Below are positions 52,035 to 62,280 of a stretch of 64,000 nucleotides of DNA, one piece after another. Position 1 is the first letter of the stretch; each line of letters opens with the position of its first letter. Under the pieces are notes generated by a model. It had not been told where the DNA came from. It made no database searches and saw only the letters and a list, made by a program, of their open reading frames with translations. The DNA is taken from contig MHGQ01000032.1 in assembly GCA_001805645.1 (NCBI GenBank), positions 267-64,266 of the forward strand, given 5' to 3'. The translations under genes were made by a program, and so were the position numbers. The DNA is from Omnitrophica WOR_2 bacterium RIFCSPHIGHO2_02_FULL_50_17 (GTDB lineage: Bacteria; Omnitrophota; Gorgyraeia; Zapsychrales; Zapsychraceae).

Positions 52035-53459
52035 TTAATAGGCGCCCTTGCCCCTGATAACAACGGGAATAGTCTGGATAAGGATATTTAAATCAAGCCA
52101 AAACGACCAATTATTAATATACCAAACGTCCCATTTGACCAGCCGGACAAATGAAAGATCACTACGGCCCCTGATTTGCCATAATCCCGTCATGCCGGGC
52201 CGAACTTGAAGCCTTTTGAGCTGGCGCAAATCTTCCTTGCGAACCTGGTCAACCGGCAACGGACGCGGGCCGACCAGGCTCATCTGTCCCTGCAAAACAT
52301 TGAATAATTGAGGTAATTCATCAAGGCTATATTTGCGCAAGATTCTACCGACCCTTGTAATCCGCGGATCCTGTTTAATCTTAAAAATTGGGCCATCCAC
52401 TTCGTTGCGGTCCCTGATAGCATCGAAAACCTGATCGGCATTTGCGACCATACTTCGAAATTTATACATATTAAAAATACGTCCCCCCCGTCCATAACGC
52501 CGGGACTTATAAAAAACGGATCCCTGACTATCCATGCGAATGATGACGGCAATGACCAGGAAAAAAGGCAAGAAAATAGCCGTCCCGGCCAGAGCGATAA
52601 GAAAATCAAAAATCCTTTTGCCAATCTGTCTATGAAAGGGTTGAGCATCGCAGTATTCCAAAATGGGGATCAGACCAATATTATATTTGGCGAACTCTCC
52701 TGATGTCAGTTCAAACCCATGGGGGACCACGCGCACCGCGATGCCCAATTCCTTGGCTTCCTCCAATAATTGCAAAAAGGCGCGGTCATCGTGGTGAGTC
52801 GTCACAAATACTTTGTCGATAAACTCCCATCGGGCCACAGTCATAAAATCGGCCATCTTCCCCAAAATCTTCGGGCCGTCTGGCTCCGAAGCAGGATCCT
52901 TAAAATCATCCAGAAAACCGATAACTTTTATGCCCAGAGCGGGTCTTTTTTCGATTTCCTTGACCAAGACTTTCCCGACCTTGCCACAACCTATAATCAA
53001 AGCGTTAAAATTGTTGTATCCCTGGGCCACAAGATATCCGACAAACATGCGCTTTAAAATTCGCCATAACGAAAATGTCAAAACCATCGCAAGAGAAGTC
53101 AAAAAAAGAACCGAGCGCGGGAAATGAATGACCTTGACGATAAAAATAGCCACAATGACAAAAAGAGTCGACACAAAAACTGACCTGAAAACGCTCCAGA
53201 TTTCCGCGGTCTCAAAAATCTCGCGTCTGGTTTCATACAAATGAAGTCCATCGTTCAAGAAAATCGCGACCAATCCCCAAAAAAGAAAAATGGGCAAGAA
53301 CGGATTCGCGGAATTGACAAAAATATTATTAAAATGAACATCGAACGGCAGTGTCGTTTCCCTGATCCAACAGGCGAGCCAAATGGAAAAGAAAATGCAA
53401 GCAATGTCAATCAAGACATAAATGCTTTTAATAACGTGATGTTTGGTAATCTTGATCAT
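52035..53459 (-). CDS. Undecaprenyl-phosphate hexose-1-phosphate transferase (bacterial sugar transferase, WbaP/exopolysaccharide priming GT)
   Basis: C-terminal KRIFDFLIALAGTAIFLPFFLVIAVIIRMDSQGSVFYKSRRYGRGGRIFNMYKFRSM...DELPQLFNVLQGQMSLVGPRP is the Bac_transf signature. The N-terminal TM bundle plus a CoA-binding-like linker point to the WbaP type. ATGA overlap with the GT26 gene. Confidence 0.88.
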   Translation of the reverse strand: MIKITKHHVIKSIYVLIDIACIFFSIWLACWIRETTLPFDVHFNNIFVNSANPFLPIFLFWGLVAIFLNDGLHLYETRREIFETAEIWSVFRSVFVSTLFVIVAIFIVKVIHFPRSVLFLTSLAMVLTFSLWRILKRMFVGYLVAQGYNNFNALIIGCGKVGKVLVKEIEKRPALGIKVIGFLDDFKDPASEPDGPKILGKMADFMTVARWEFIDKVFVTTHHDDRAFLQLLEEAKELGIAVRVVPHGFELTSGEFAKYNIGLIPILEYCDAQPFHRQIGKRIFDFLIALAGTAIFLPFFLVIAVIIRMDSQGSVFYKSRRYGRGGRIFNMYKFRSMVANADQVFDAIRDRNEVDGPIFKIKQDPRITRVGRILRKYSLDELPQLFNVLQGQMSLVGPRPLPVDQVRKEDLRQLKRLQVRPGMTGLWQIRGRSDLSFVRLVKWDVWYINNWSFWLDLNILIQTIPVVIRGKGAY

Positions 53460-54214
53460 AATCTGCCGCTTTTTGTCACCAGGTCTCTGATAAGATAATA
53501 AATAAATTTGGTGTTTCCGATAAGATACCGTTTCCACAGTCGTTGGGGCTCGCAACAAAATCTAAACAGCCACTCCAAACCGATTCGACGCACCCACGGA
53601 GGTGCTTGAAGTTTTGTTCCAGCTATAAAATCGAACGCGGCCCCAACACCAACCATGACAGGGACGTCTAACCTCTCCCGATGAATGGACATCCAATAAT
53701 CCTGTTTTGGGGACCCCAAACCAACCCATAAAATATCCGGATTGGCCGCGTTGATTTGCGCAATAACCGAGTCCCCTTCCATCTCTCCAACCGCCTTGAA
53801 AGGAGGCGAAACACTTCCTGCAATTCTAATACCAGGAAACCGGCTTCTCAACTTTTCCAGCAAACGGACGTTAGTAAGTGAGTCCCCCCCATAAAAATAA
53901 TGACGATACCCTTCAGATTGCCCCAGATCACACAAAGCCAGCATCAAATCCGGGCCGTAGGTGCGTTCTATGATTTTATTTTTTCTCCATTTCCCTATCC
54001 AAACTAGAGGCATTCCATCGGGAGTAACCATACCAGCCGCATTAATGATCTGGCGATAGGCTTCATTTTCCTGACACTGGACAAGAGTGGATACCGGAGC
54101 GGCACACACATAAATCTTTTTTCTCTCTTTAACCCAATTTCTGATACGATCGCAAGCCACCAGAGGATTTACAGCGGCTATTTTTACGTCCAAGACTTCC
54201 AAAAACATCTGCAT
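53456..54214 (-). CDS. WecB/TagA/CpsF family glycosyltransferase (GT26, N-acetylmannosaminyl/glucosyl transferase-like)
   Basis: GMPLVWIGKWRKNKIIERTYGPDLM...RIAGSVSPPF...ILWVGLGSPKQDYWM...RIGLEWLFR matches the GT26 pattern. Confidence 0.85.
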   Translation of the reverse strand: MQMFLEVLDVKIAAVNPLVACDRIRNWVKERKKIYVCAAPVSTLVQCQENEAYRQIINAAGMVTPDGMPLVWIGKWRKNKIIERTYGPDLMLALCDLGQSEGYRHYFYGGDSLTNVRLLEKLRSRFPGIRIAGSVSPPFKAVGEMEGDSVIAQINAANPDILWVGLGSPKQDYWMSIHRERLDVPVMVGVGAAFDFIAGTKLQAPPWVRRIGLEWLFRFCCEPQRLWKRYLIGNTKFIYYLIRDLVTKSGRL

Positions 54215-54251
54215 GATCTACCTGTGCCTCCCATAAATCTGTGTTTGGAAC

Positions 54252-56162
54252 TTAATATTTAACCGTACTGAGCTCACTGGGGAAACCATAGTTATAAAAT
54301 TTCTCGCTCGGGAACCTATCATAAGCCACGACTTCTTGGGCATATTCATCAGGAGAAATAAATATCAACTGACCGTCCTTAACCCGCATAATCCATTTAA
54401 TGCCGTAACTTAATAAATCTTTGACAACCAATGTCTGGTCATCGTAGGATTCCCACCCAACGACGGTTGTATGCCACAAGCCGACCTGCGGCTGAACCGG
54501 CAATAAAAAGGCTGAAAACCTCGTTTTCCCTCCCACCCCTGTATCCCAGGCCGCTTCCTTCGCCTTCTCTGGGTTCGCCCTATAACCATTTATGGCGATA
54601 ATGTTATCCGGATAGTAACGTTCCAGTATATCATTAAAATGCAATCGATTGGTCAAGACTGCAATATTATCAGCGATGGCGGGTCTTTTCAAATGCCCCC
54701 CTTGGGCGAAGATAATCCAGGAAGATCCCCAAGCCACGCAAATAAGAAGAAAAATGGAAACTAAACGTCCTTTCGCGCCCCCTAAAGCCATGAAAATATA
54801 GTCCATCATCACAACCGCCGCTACGACGAATATCGCTGTTCCATATCGATAGTGCCTGGGATCCACAAAACTTGCCAGACACAAGCCTATAATAAACAAA
54901 ACTGACAAGCTGAACCAATAAGCCAGTTGTATCAAGGTTTCTTTCTCAATATTAGAACGCACGAGACTCACAATAAGAATAAACGGAAGGGAAAGAATAA
55001 ATAATATAACAATTTTAGCAGTGAGGACTCCTGACCAGATAAACAGATAACTTATATATTTTATTATTAATTCGATATTCAATCCGCCGGCATACACCTT
55101 ATTAAACACATCCGTCATCTGAATATTCCAACCCCATATCCCCAGTTGCCCCGCGAGAATTGGAAAAGTGGGCACGCCTGTAATAAAATAATTCTTCCAG
55201 TACCACAGCGAAACAAAAAAGGCTGAACCGAGAAAAAGATATAAATATTGGCGATGGTTCCAAATGTTGATAATTTTATCCATCGGCTTTGGTTGAATAA
55301 AGATCCCCAGGATCAAAAAGGAAACGAAGACATACGCCAGTTGATATTTATTGGCCATAAGATGTCCCAAAAAGACCAACGCCAATAAAAATCGAAACGG
55401 GCTGTTTTGACTTCTGCTTTCAAGAAAATTATAAGCTGAGGCGAACAAAAACGCGATTAAAGCGCTGTTAATGATGCAACAGCTGTTTGCGCCGGAATAA
55501 AAAAATTGCTCATCGAAAAGTACCAGCATAACAGAAGCCACCCCATACCACTGGTTAAGGCGATAACTGACATAGCCATAAACCAACAAAAGGACAACAA
55601 CGCTCCAAGAAGCGACGACCAACTGCGGGAACAGTGTGTCCCCGCTGGAAATAGCTAACCCTAAGGCATATGGAACCGCGTTAAAATGAGGGGCGAATAT
55701 TCTTATATCTGTGGCTATATCCCCAAGGATGCTTGAACCTTTGGCCAACCATAACTTTTGTGCGAATAAATAGGTAGAATGAGAATCTACATCAACCAGA
55801 AAATAGAGATTTCTAAATATAAAAATCAGCAGGAGCCCGATAAATATGGTTTTTGGAATGCTGAATTTCCATAAAGCTTCCCAAAAACCTTTTAATGCAT
55901 TTCGAACCTGTTTGAAAAAAAGAGGACCATAATTTATAAAGACGAGTCCCCAAAGACATGGTCCGCTATATAACCCGAGGATCGAGAAAAGGACCATTTC
56001 TCCGATCAGGAAAATACTGCCCAGTAAGAATGACTCCCCCGCATAGAGGCTAAAATTGATGAAATCGTTCTTTTTCGGGTTAATCATCCCGTAAAGGAAG
56101 ATGCCGCAAATAAGGACAGATAATCCGTAAAACAAGAACATTATAAACTGTAAATAATTCAT
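54252..56162 (-). CDS. Large (636 aa) polytopic membrane protein with C-terminal soluble domain, family unassigned (candidate glycosyltransferase/polymerase)
   Basis: More than 12 predicted TM helices and no recognisable catalytic motif by eye; sits inside the glycan locus. Confidence 0.7.
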   Translation of the reverse strand: MNYLQFIMFLFYGLSVLICGIFLYGMINPKKNDFINFSLYAGESFLLGSIFLIGEMVLFSILGLYSGPCLWGLVFINYGPLFFKQVRNALKGFWEALWKFSIPKTIFIGLLLIFIFRNLYFLVDVDSHSTYLFAQKLWLAKGSSILGDIATDIRIFAPHFNAVPYALGLAISSGDTLFPQLVVASWSVVVLLLVYGYVSYRLNQWYGVASVMLVLFDEQFFYSGANSCCIINSALIAFLFASAYNFLESRSQNSPFRFLLALVFLGHLMANKYQLAYVFVSFLILGIFIQPKPMDKIINIWNHRQYLYLFLGSAFFVSLWYWKNYFITGVPTFPILAGQLGIWGWNIQMTDVFNKVYAGGLNIELIIKYISYLFIWSGVLTAKIVILFILSLPFILIVSLVRSNIEKETLIQLAYWFSLSVLFIIGLCLASFVDPRHYRYGTAIFVVAAVVMMDYIFMALGGAKGRLVSIFLLICVAWGSSWIIFAQGGHLKRPAIADNIAVLTNRLHFNDILERYYPDNIIAINGYRANPEKAKEAAWDTGVGGKTRFSAFLLPVQPQVGLWHTTVVGWESYDDQTLVVKDLLSYGIKWIMRVKDGQLIFISPDEYAQEVVAYDRFPSEKFYNYGFPSELSTVKY

Positions 56163-56164
56163 TT

Positions 56165-57877
56165 TTAATGCTCCAACACAAAAATAGATTCACTATTCAC
56201 AACATCTATTGGAAAATCAGCGAACGCGGCATCAAAAAACTGCAATTTGATGGTTTCTCCCTTCCTCGCTGTTTGGGACAATGCCAACAACTCCCTGTCC
56301 TTTTCCCGCAAGACCTCCATGGCCGACAATCCAAAATCCCTTTTATGCGCACGAAAAACCGAAAGCCCGACCAAGGCAACCGATATTAAAACGCAGGTTA
56401 TAAAAATCTTTGAATGATATTTTATATGTGACACAACGACAATAAACAACAACACAATAGGGACAAACAAAAAACGACTTTGATGAGAACCCCACCACCA
56501 AATCATCCAATTAGCCACTATGAATAAAGGTATAACAACAAAGCGTTTATTTACAAACGCTTTACTCACGAAATATATGAAGGGGCCCAAAAACAGCAAA
56601 TACATCAAGCCCACCGGATAATCATATCGGTTATTCACTCCCTTTTCAGGCACCGCAATAAGCCAAAAATGACGTAAAAACTCCAGCAGTGAACGGCCAG
56701 AGCCATACTGATCTTTGGTGGCGAGGACTTCCTGTGTCTTTCTGACCAGGGATCGCCATTCCAAAGAATTCTTATCAATGGATTGATTAATGGCCAAAGC
56801 GCCCACTCCAAAGGGGAATAATGGTGTCCCGGCGTAATATAATGACTTTGCCACGAATGGACCTGCCACCACAAAACTCACGATGCAAAAATAACCGGCA
56901 AATTTTGTCAGAGCTCTTTTAAAATCTCCCGATTTAGAATAAAAATTGTATTCCAAATCATCAAATGTCCAGCCACTGTCTTTAAATCCTGCCTTCCGAT
57001 ATACCATATATAACCCCAACAAAACAAATACCACAAGACAAATTTGAAGGGGAATAAATGATTTTGACCAGAAATAAAAAGCTGATTCAATGGCGCAAAG
57101 GAACAATTTGCCATTTAAAAAACTGTCCAGGGCAGCAACCAGCAAATAACATATCACCACATCCAACATGGCAATCCCCAGCTGTATGCCAACATTATGG
57201 GACCCAAGAATAACAAGAACGATTAAAAATGAACTCAGCACATTTCGGTTCGAAAGAATCCTTACCAAATTCATGGAAACAAAGACTAGTCCGGTAAAAA
57301 ACAAAAACTGGGGTAATTTATTGGGCAATGCGGTGGCTAGCCAATAAGGCGCCAAGGCAAAGTCGATCGGCAAAAAGTACAGATCGGCGGTAGCCCACGG
57401 GATATGCTGAAACGATCCTAAAATCAGATGCTGTCGAGGCAAAGTCAGATGATAATTAAGCGTATCAAATTCCTGAATAAGGTGTGGAGGAAGCAATGAA
57501 GCATTAAGGCCTACACCCAAAATAATGAGGGCAATCAAAAACCCAGCGCCCAATGAAATTTTATTAAAAAAATCCAGTCGTGCAAAATCACCCCCCAAAG
57601 GCTTAAGCCGGGACGCAAGGCTCTTATAATCCTTAATTAAAACAGCAAATAAAATCAGGCAGAATGCGATCGTTGCGGCTGCAGTGGTTCTGCCGCCAGG
57701 TACCCGCAAGCCATACAGTTCAATCCAGTAGAAAAAAAATCCTATTGCCAACAGAAGAGTTGGCGCATGAAATAAATAACAAAATGTCTTCTCGGGGTTC
57801 ACCGGTTTGGTCATAAAAACCGCTCCCAGGCAACGGCCATTCTCCAGATGATATAAAAAACTGCAATTAAAACCCAA
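56165..57877 (-). CDS. Large (570 aa) polytopic membrane protein, family unassigned
   Basis: Multi-TM throughout with a short C-terminal soluble tail; 3-nt gap to the downstream gene. Confidence 0.7.
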   Translation of the reverse strand: MGFNCSFLYHLENGRCLGAVFMTKPVNPEKTFCYLFHAPTLLLAIGFFFYWIELYGLRVPGGRTTAAATIAFCLILFAVLIKDYKSLASRLKPLGGDFARLDFFNKISLGAGFLIALIILGVGLNASLLPPHLIQEFDTLNYHLTLPRQHLILGSFQHIPWATADLYFLPIDFALAPYWLATALPNKLPQFLFFTGLVFVSMNLVRILSNRNVLSSFLIVLVILGSHNVGIQLGIAMLDVVICYLLVAALDSFLNGKLFLCAIESAFYFWSKSFIPLQICLVVFVLLGLYMVYRKAGFKDSGWTFDDLEYNFYSKSGDFKRALTKFAGYFCIVSFVVAGPFVAKSLYYAGTPLFPFGVGALAINQSIDKNSLEWRSLVRKTQEVLATKDQYGSGRSLLEFLRHFWLIAVPEKGVNNRYDYPVGLMYLLFLGPFIYFVSKAFVNKRFVVIPLFIVANWMIWWWGSHQSRFLFVPIVLLFIVVVSHIKYHSKIFITCVLISVALVGLSVFRAHKRDFGLSAMEVLREKDRELLALSQTARKGETIKLQFFDAAFADFPIDVVNSESIFVLEH

Positions 57878-57913
57878 TAGATATTGAGCATCTTAATTTC
57901 CCGTTTATCTAAG

Positions 57914-59368
57914 TTATCGCATGCCATGGGGATATTGCCTTTTTGCCGGACTTTTAGGGAGAAACTTATTCTGTATAAAAAAAGCAATACACAAAAGATA
58001 GACAGGGGCAATAACAAGAGCATACCGTGTAACAATGGAAAACAGTGCATACAATCCCGTGTAACCTAAAATCATCAAAACCGCAAAATAAAGAACAAGC
58101 CAGCGCTCGTCCTTCACCGGGCCACGCCCCTTTTCATTAAAAAGATAAGAAATAACAAAACACAGGGCAAAGATGGTCAACAGGGAAGCAATGAATCTAA
58201 TCCCGTCACTAAATATATTTGCATTAAAGATATTTGAAAGCCACTGTGGATATTCGACCATACCGATCTGGCTGGACTCCCAAAACAGCATCCGCAAACT
58301 TTCTATAACAGTCAAGGCCAAATACTGCAGTGGCTTTTGCCAGAATCTCTCAACAACATAGGCGACCGTTGTCCCCACCCTTTGATCTGTAGGGACTCCG
58401 ACTAACAGGCCCGGCAACGAACTCCTCAAATCATCCGCCTGCTGAAATTCGCAATACCGGCACTCTTGTTCAGTAAAAAATTTCCTACAGACCCCGGCAC
58501 CCGGGATCGAAGCGATGTGCGCCCCCCAGATCCTTGCGGAAATCTCATTGGTCCTTTTGACCGTGTTCCCATACAGCAATTCCGCGAAACGATTGGTAAA
58601 TTCATATTGGCCATTGAACCGGCTGTTCATCATTTTATACGATATGACCGATGGACTTACCATAATTACCTCGATCAAAACAAAAATAAACACTTTTAAT
58701 ACAATATCGCGCCTTCTAACAAACCAGGAATAAACGAGCAAAACAAGGTAAGGGATCAAAAAAAGATAAAATATGTACTGAAAAATTCCTTTGGCAAATA
58801 TGGCCAACAAAAAGAACAAAGCACAACAAAACCCCAAAATTGCCACCCACCCTGTCGGTTTGTTCTGCATCGCTTCCCAAGCCAACACATTGAAATAAAT
58901 TATCGCCGGGACCAAAGGAATAACTATGATCTCGGAAAAAAGACTAAAGGTGGCATTAACCAAGGATGGTGAAAAACCTAGATATAAAATCACAAAAAGC
59001 GTTATCCAATGGTTAATTTTAAGCTTTTTCAATAAAAGCAAAGTCAGGATTTGAGTCAAGAAAAGCAGGCCGACTTGCAGGATCGCTTGAATAAACTGAT
59101 AGGGACGCGATATTAAATCTCCAATATACATGGAACCTGCGACAGCGGCAGAGTACAGCGGCTCACGGTTGGGACCTGTTTTGAAATATTCCAACCACCC
59201 CATTTTATATATCATCTCTCCCAGCTGTTCGTATCCCGCCGCATCAAACTTAATGGCCATATGGGTGTTCAACAACAAATAAAGCCAATAAAAAATACAG
59301 ATCAGGAAAACAACCCCATAGGCCTTGCTAAAATCGCGGTTATAAGACACCTCTTTATTGGTGTTCAT
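57914..59368 (-). CDS. GT-C fold glycosyltransferase, PMT_2/ArnT-like (GT39/GT83-type) membrane protein
   Basis: N-terminal GPNREPLYSAAVAGSMYIGDLI followed by TM bundle resembles the PMT_2 region of ArnT/PMT-family enzymes. Assignment is tentative. Confidence 0.55.
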   Translation of the reverse strand: MNTNKEVSYNRDFSKAYGVVFLICIFYWLYLLLNTHMAIKFDAAGYEQLGEMIYKMGWLEYFKTGPNREPLYSAAVAGSMYIGDLISRPYQFIQAILQVGLLFLTQILTLLLLKKLKINHWITLFVILYLGFSPSLVNATFSLFSEIIVIPLVPAIIYFNVLAWEAMQNKPTGWVAILGFCCALFFLLAIFAKGIFQYIFYLFLIPYLVLLVYSWFVRRRDIVLKVFIFVLIEVIMVSPSVISYKMMNSRFNGQYEFTNRFAELLYGNTVKRTNEISARIWGAHIASIPGAGVCRKFFTEQECRYCEFQQADDLRSSLPGLLVGVPTDQRVGTTVAYVVERFWQKPLQYLALTVIESLRMLFWESSQIGMVEYPQWLSNIFNANIFSDGIRFIASLLTIFALCFVISYLFNEKGRGPVKDERWLVLYFAVLMILGYTGLYALFSIVTRYALVIAPVYLLCIAFFIQNKFLPKSPAKRQYPHGMR

Positions 59369-60554
59369 TTTTAGCGATGGTCTTTGATTTTAAGATCACT
59401 TGGTTGTAAATATCCTTCAACATTTCATAATTCTTCTGAGGAGTATATTTGATTCTATAACTTTCAAGCGCCTTTTCCCGCATTCTTTTCCATTCATTCT
59501 CGTCATTTAAGATGTGTCGCATCTTTTGAGCTAAATCATGGGGATTCCCAGGATCAAAGGTCAAACCATTTTCTCCATCTTTAACAAGTTCCTGCAGACT
59601 CCCAAGCCGACTCGCCACAGCGGGGATCCCATACGCACAGGCTTCAACAAACACTCTTGGAAAACTTTCATAACATAAGGAAGGCAAAACAATCACCCTT
59701 GCCCCGCTCATATAATGATGATATTCGTCTTGTGAGACATACCCCACAAAATCAATATCTTTTATGCCCCGTGCCAGGCCTTTTAACTGCTCTTCCTGAA
59801 CCCCTTGCCCCATGATCTTCAGAGGGATACCCTCAAGAAACCGCCAAGCATTGATAAGGACATCCACTCCTTTCTCCTCGCTCAAGCGCCCCACATACAA
59901 AACATAATCATTTTGCTTCTCTTGGCTTTCTGGCAGAGCTTGGTCAAAGAAATTCGGCTTAACAAAAATCTTATCGGCGGGGATCCCTCCCTGGATATAT
60001 TTCTGACGGGTAAATTCTGCGGCGACAACATAAGAATCCACCATATTTAACCATGTTCCCCGCTGCCAATGCCTTTGTAGCATCCGGGAAAGAAAATAGG
60101 ACGCCCAAAAAGAGTTCTTATAACAACGATGATAAATTCCCGGGATCAGGTTCTTGCCAAGACAATCTTCACAAACTTTATTGTCTCTGTAAAAAAGAGC
60201 GTTGGAGCAAAGTAGTCTGAAATTATGCTGACTTTGCACAACGGGAACTCCTTCATCTTTACAAGCCTGATATGCTGACGGAGTTATGCTAAAGAAAATA
60301 TTATGAAAATGGGCGACATCCGGACGAAACCCCTTGATGAGCGACCGGATCTCACGATAGGTTCGGGGCGAGCCCCCCAACTCCCAGATATATTGGATTT
60401 TCCGGGAGATCGAAGCACTTTCGATTTCCTTGTTATTGCGGTCATATAATAAAACTTCTTCGCCAAATTGTTTGAGCATGGCAACTTCAGACCTTACAAC
60501 GGCATCTTCGCCTCCCGGCAGCAGATAATTGTTATGCGCTACAAGAATTTTCAT
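59355..60554 (-). CDS. Glycosyltransferase family 4 (GT-B, 'glycosyl transferase group 1')
   Basis: N-terminal GT4 domain MKILVAHNNYLLPGGED and C-terminal EFPRVFVEACAYGIPAVASRLGSLQELVKDGENGL (E-x7-E region). Confidence 0.85.
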   Translation of the reverse strand: MKILVAHNNYLLPGGEDAVVRSEVAMLKQFGEEVLLYDRNNKEIESASISRKIQYIWELGGSPRTYREIRSLIKGFRPDVAHFHNIFFSITPSAYQACKDEGVPVVQSQHNFRLLCSNALFYRDNKVCEDCLGKNLIPGIYHRCYKNSFWASYFLSRMLQRHWQRGTWLNMVDSYVVAAEFTRQKYIQGGIPADKIFVKPNFFDQALPESQEKQNDYVLYVGRLSEEKGVDVLINAWRFLEGIPLKIMGQGVQEEQLKGLARGIKDIDFVGYVSQDEYHHYMSGARVIVLPSLCYESFPRVFVEACAYGIPAVASRLGSLQELVKDGENGLTFDPGNPHDLAQKMRHILNDENEWKRMREKALESYRIKYTPQKNYEMLKDIYNQVILKSKTIAKNEHQ

Positions 60555-61486
60555 AAATCAACAGCTTCCCTGCTCAAGTTCCTATAATATTGTAGAGTTT
60601 CTCTCAAGCCTTGCTCCAAGCTTGCCCTGGGTCGCCACGCGGTTACCGACCGCAATTTTCTATTGGAACCAGCCACATCAAATGATGTGCAGATATTGTC
60701 CTGAGATTCCTTAACCTGAATGGTTTTTACTTTCGAGTAGCGCAGCAATTTCTCCAATAACTCCTTCATGGTAACGGCCCTGCCGGAACAAATGTTGTAT
60801 ATTTCACCGGATTTTCCATATCGGGCGATATCCCACAGTGCCCCGCAAACATCTTTGATATCGAGGTAATCTCTTTTCCCTCCGAGATCTTTTGTATCGA
60901 TCATTTCTTCCTTCATTCCGTTTTCGACTGCCACGATCTGTTGGGCAAAATTACCAACAGCGAAAGTCGGAGGCGTGCCCTTGCCCAGCACATTAAAAAT
61001 CCTGGCAATAACAACATCCCCTCCCTTTTTATAATAATTCAAGGCCAGCTGGGTTTGTTTTAATTTGATCGCCCCGTAAGTCGTTACCGGTTCAGGACAG
61101 GTTTTTTCTGTGATCATTTTCTTTCCGGAAGGCATCTTCCCGTATTCCGCAGCCGAACCCGGGATAATGACTCGTGGACGGGGGGGGGGCATTTCGCTGA
61201 CCGCATCCAGCAAACATTGAGTTGCCAGAAGATTGGATTCCGCTAACATTCCTTTGCTACGCACTCTGCCGCCGACAAGATGAAAAATATAATCCGGAGC
61301 GATATCTGACAGCAAAACCCCCAACTCGACCTTTCGCTTAAGGTCAAATTGAAAAATGTTTTTATCTTTGTGTATTCTTTTGCGGTCCAAGCCGAATATT
61401 TTTATCCCAGGTTTCTGCTTCAAATATTGCCACAGGGAATGACCGATAAAACCATTGACACCTGTAATAAGGACCCGTTTTTTCAT
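60551..61486 (-). CDS. NAD(P)-dependent sugar epimerase/reductase (extended SDR; Rmd/GDP-6-deoxy-sugar reductase-like)
   Basis: MKKRVLITGVNGFIGHSLWQYL Rossmann region; YxxxK inferred. Confidence 0.78.
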   Translation of the reverse strand: MKKRVLITGVNGFIGHSLWQYLKQKPGIKIFGLDRKRIHKDKNIFQFDLKRKVELGVLLSDIAPDYIFHLVGGRVRSKGMLAESNLLATQCLLDAVSEMPPPRPRVIIPGSAAEYGKMPSGKKMITEKTCPEPVTTYGAIKLKQTQLALNYYKKGGDVVIARIFNVLGKGTPPTFAVGNFAQQIVAVENGMKEEMIDTKDLGGKRDYLDIKDVCGALWDIARYGKSGEIYNICSGRAVTMKELLEKLLRYSKVKTIQVKESQDNICTSFDVAGSNRKLRSVTAWRPRASLEQGLRETLQYYRNLSREAVDL

Positions 61487-61530
61487 CTTGAATTCAGAAA
61501 GAATGGAATAAATATGCTCAAGGATTTGTT

Positions 61531-62247
61531 TTAGCTTTGAAGGAACTTCTTGCTGAATTTGGCAAAGACTTCTTGTGCGGACTCAAAATCGTCCAAGCGC
61601 CCCAAATCCAGCCAGAGTGCTCGGGTTGGGAAACAATAGACTTTCTCCCTGGCGTTCTTTAATTTAAGCATAAGCTCCGGCATGCCGATGGATTCATTAT
61701 CTTGAATATATTCTTTACAATGTTTGCTCAGAACATTGATCCCCATGCTCACAAAAGATTTATGTTCAGGTTTCTCAATATAATCCGACAATGCGCAAGA
61801 AGCGTCCATCTCAATAACACCAAAATCTGTCTTTACCTTGCGCGCTTTAACAGCGATCGTGGCTGCAAATTTATTTCTTTTATGATGTTCGATCAAATCG
61901 GTGAAATTTAGATCCGTCAGGATATCGCCATTGATCACCAAAAAGTCTTCCTCTACATTCTTAACCAGCTTGATCGCTCCTGCCGTCCCTAACGGTTGAG
62001 TCTCCCGAACATAACTTATTTTTACGCCCCATTTTCTTCCGTTGCCCAAATAAGCCTCTATCAGCTCGGCCAGATGGCCGGTGGAAATCGCGATATTCTC
62101 AATACCATAATGTTTGAATTGCCGGATAATAACTTCAATTATCGGGAATTCACCTAAAGGCATTAAAGGTTTGGGCAGAACCGTGGTATAAGGACGGAGT
62201 CGCGAACCTTTCCCTCCGGCCAGTATAATAGCTTGGATTTTACGCAT
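61531..62247 (-). CDS. Sugar-phosphate nucleotidyltransferase (NTP_transferase family)
   Basis: MRKIQAIILAGGKGSRLRPYTTVLPKPLMPLGEFPIIE is the G-x-G-x-R-L signature of NDP-sugar pyrophosphorylases. Confidence 0.8.
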   Translation of the reverse strand: MRKIQAIILAGGKGSRLRPYTTVLPKPLMPLGEFPIIEVIIRQFKHYGIENIAISTGHLAELIEAYLGNGRKWGVKISYVRETQPLGTAGAIKLVKNVEEDFLVINGDILTDLNFTDLIEHHKRNKFAATIAVKARKVKTDFGVIEMDASCALSDYIEKPEHKSFVSMGINVLSKHCKEYIQDNESIGMPELMLKLKNAREKVYCFPTRALWLDLGRLDDFESAQEVFAKFSKKFLQS

Positions 62248-62280
62248 AAATTTTTACCCGTTCGATCTTAAGATTAAAAC

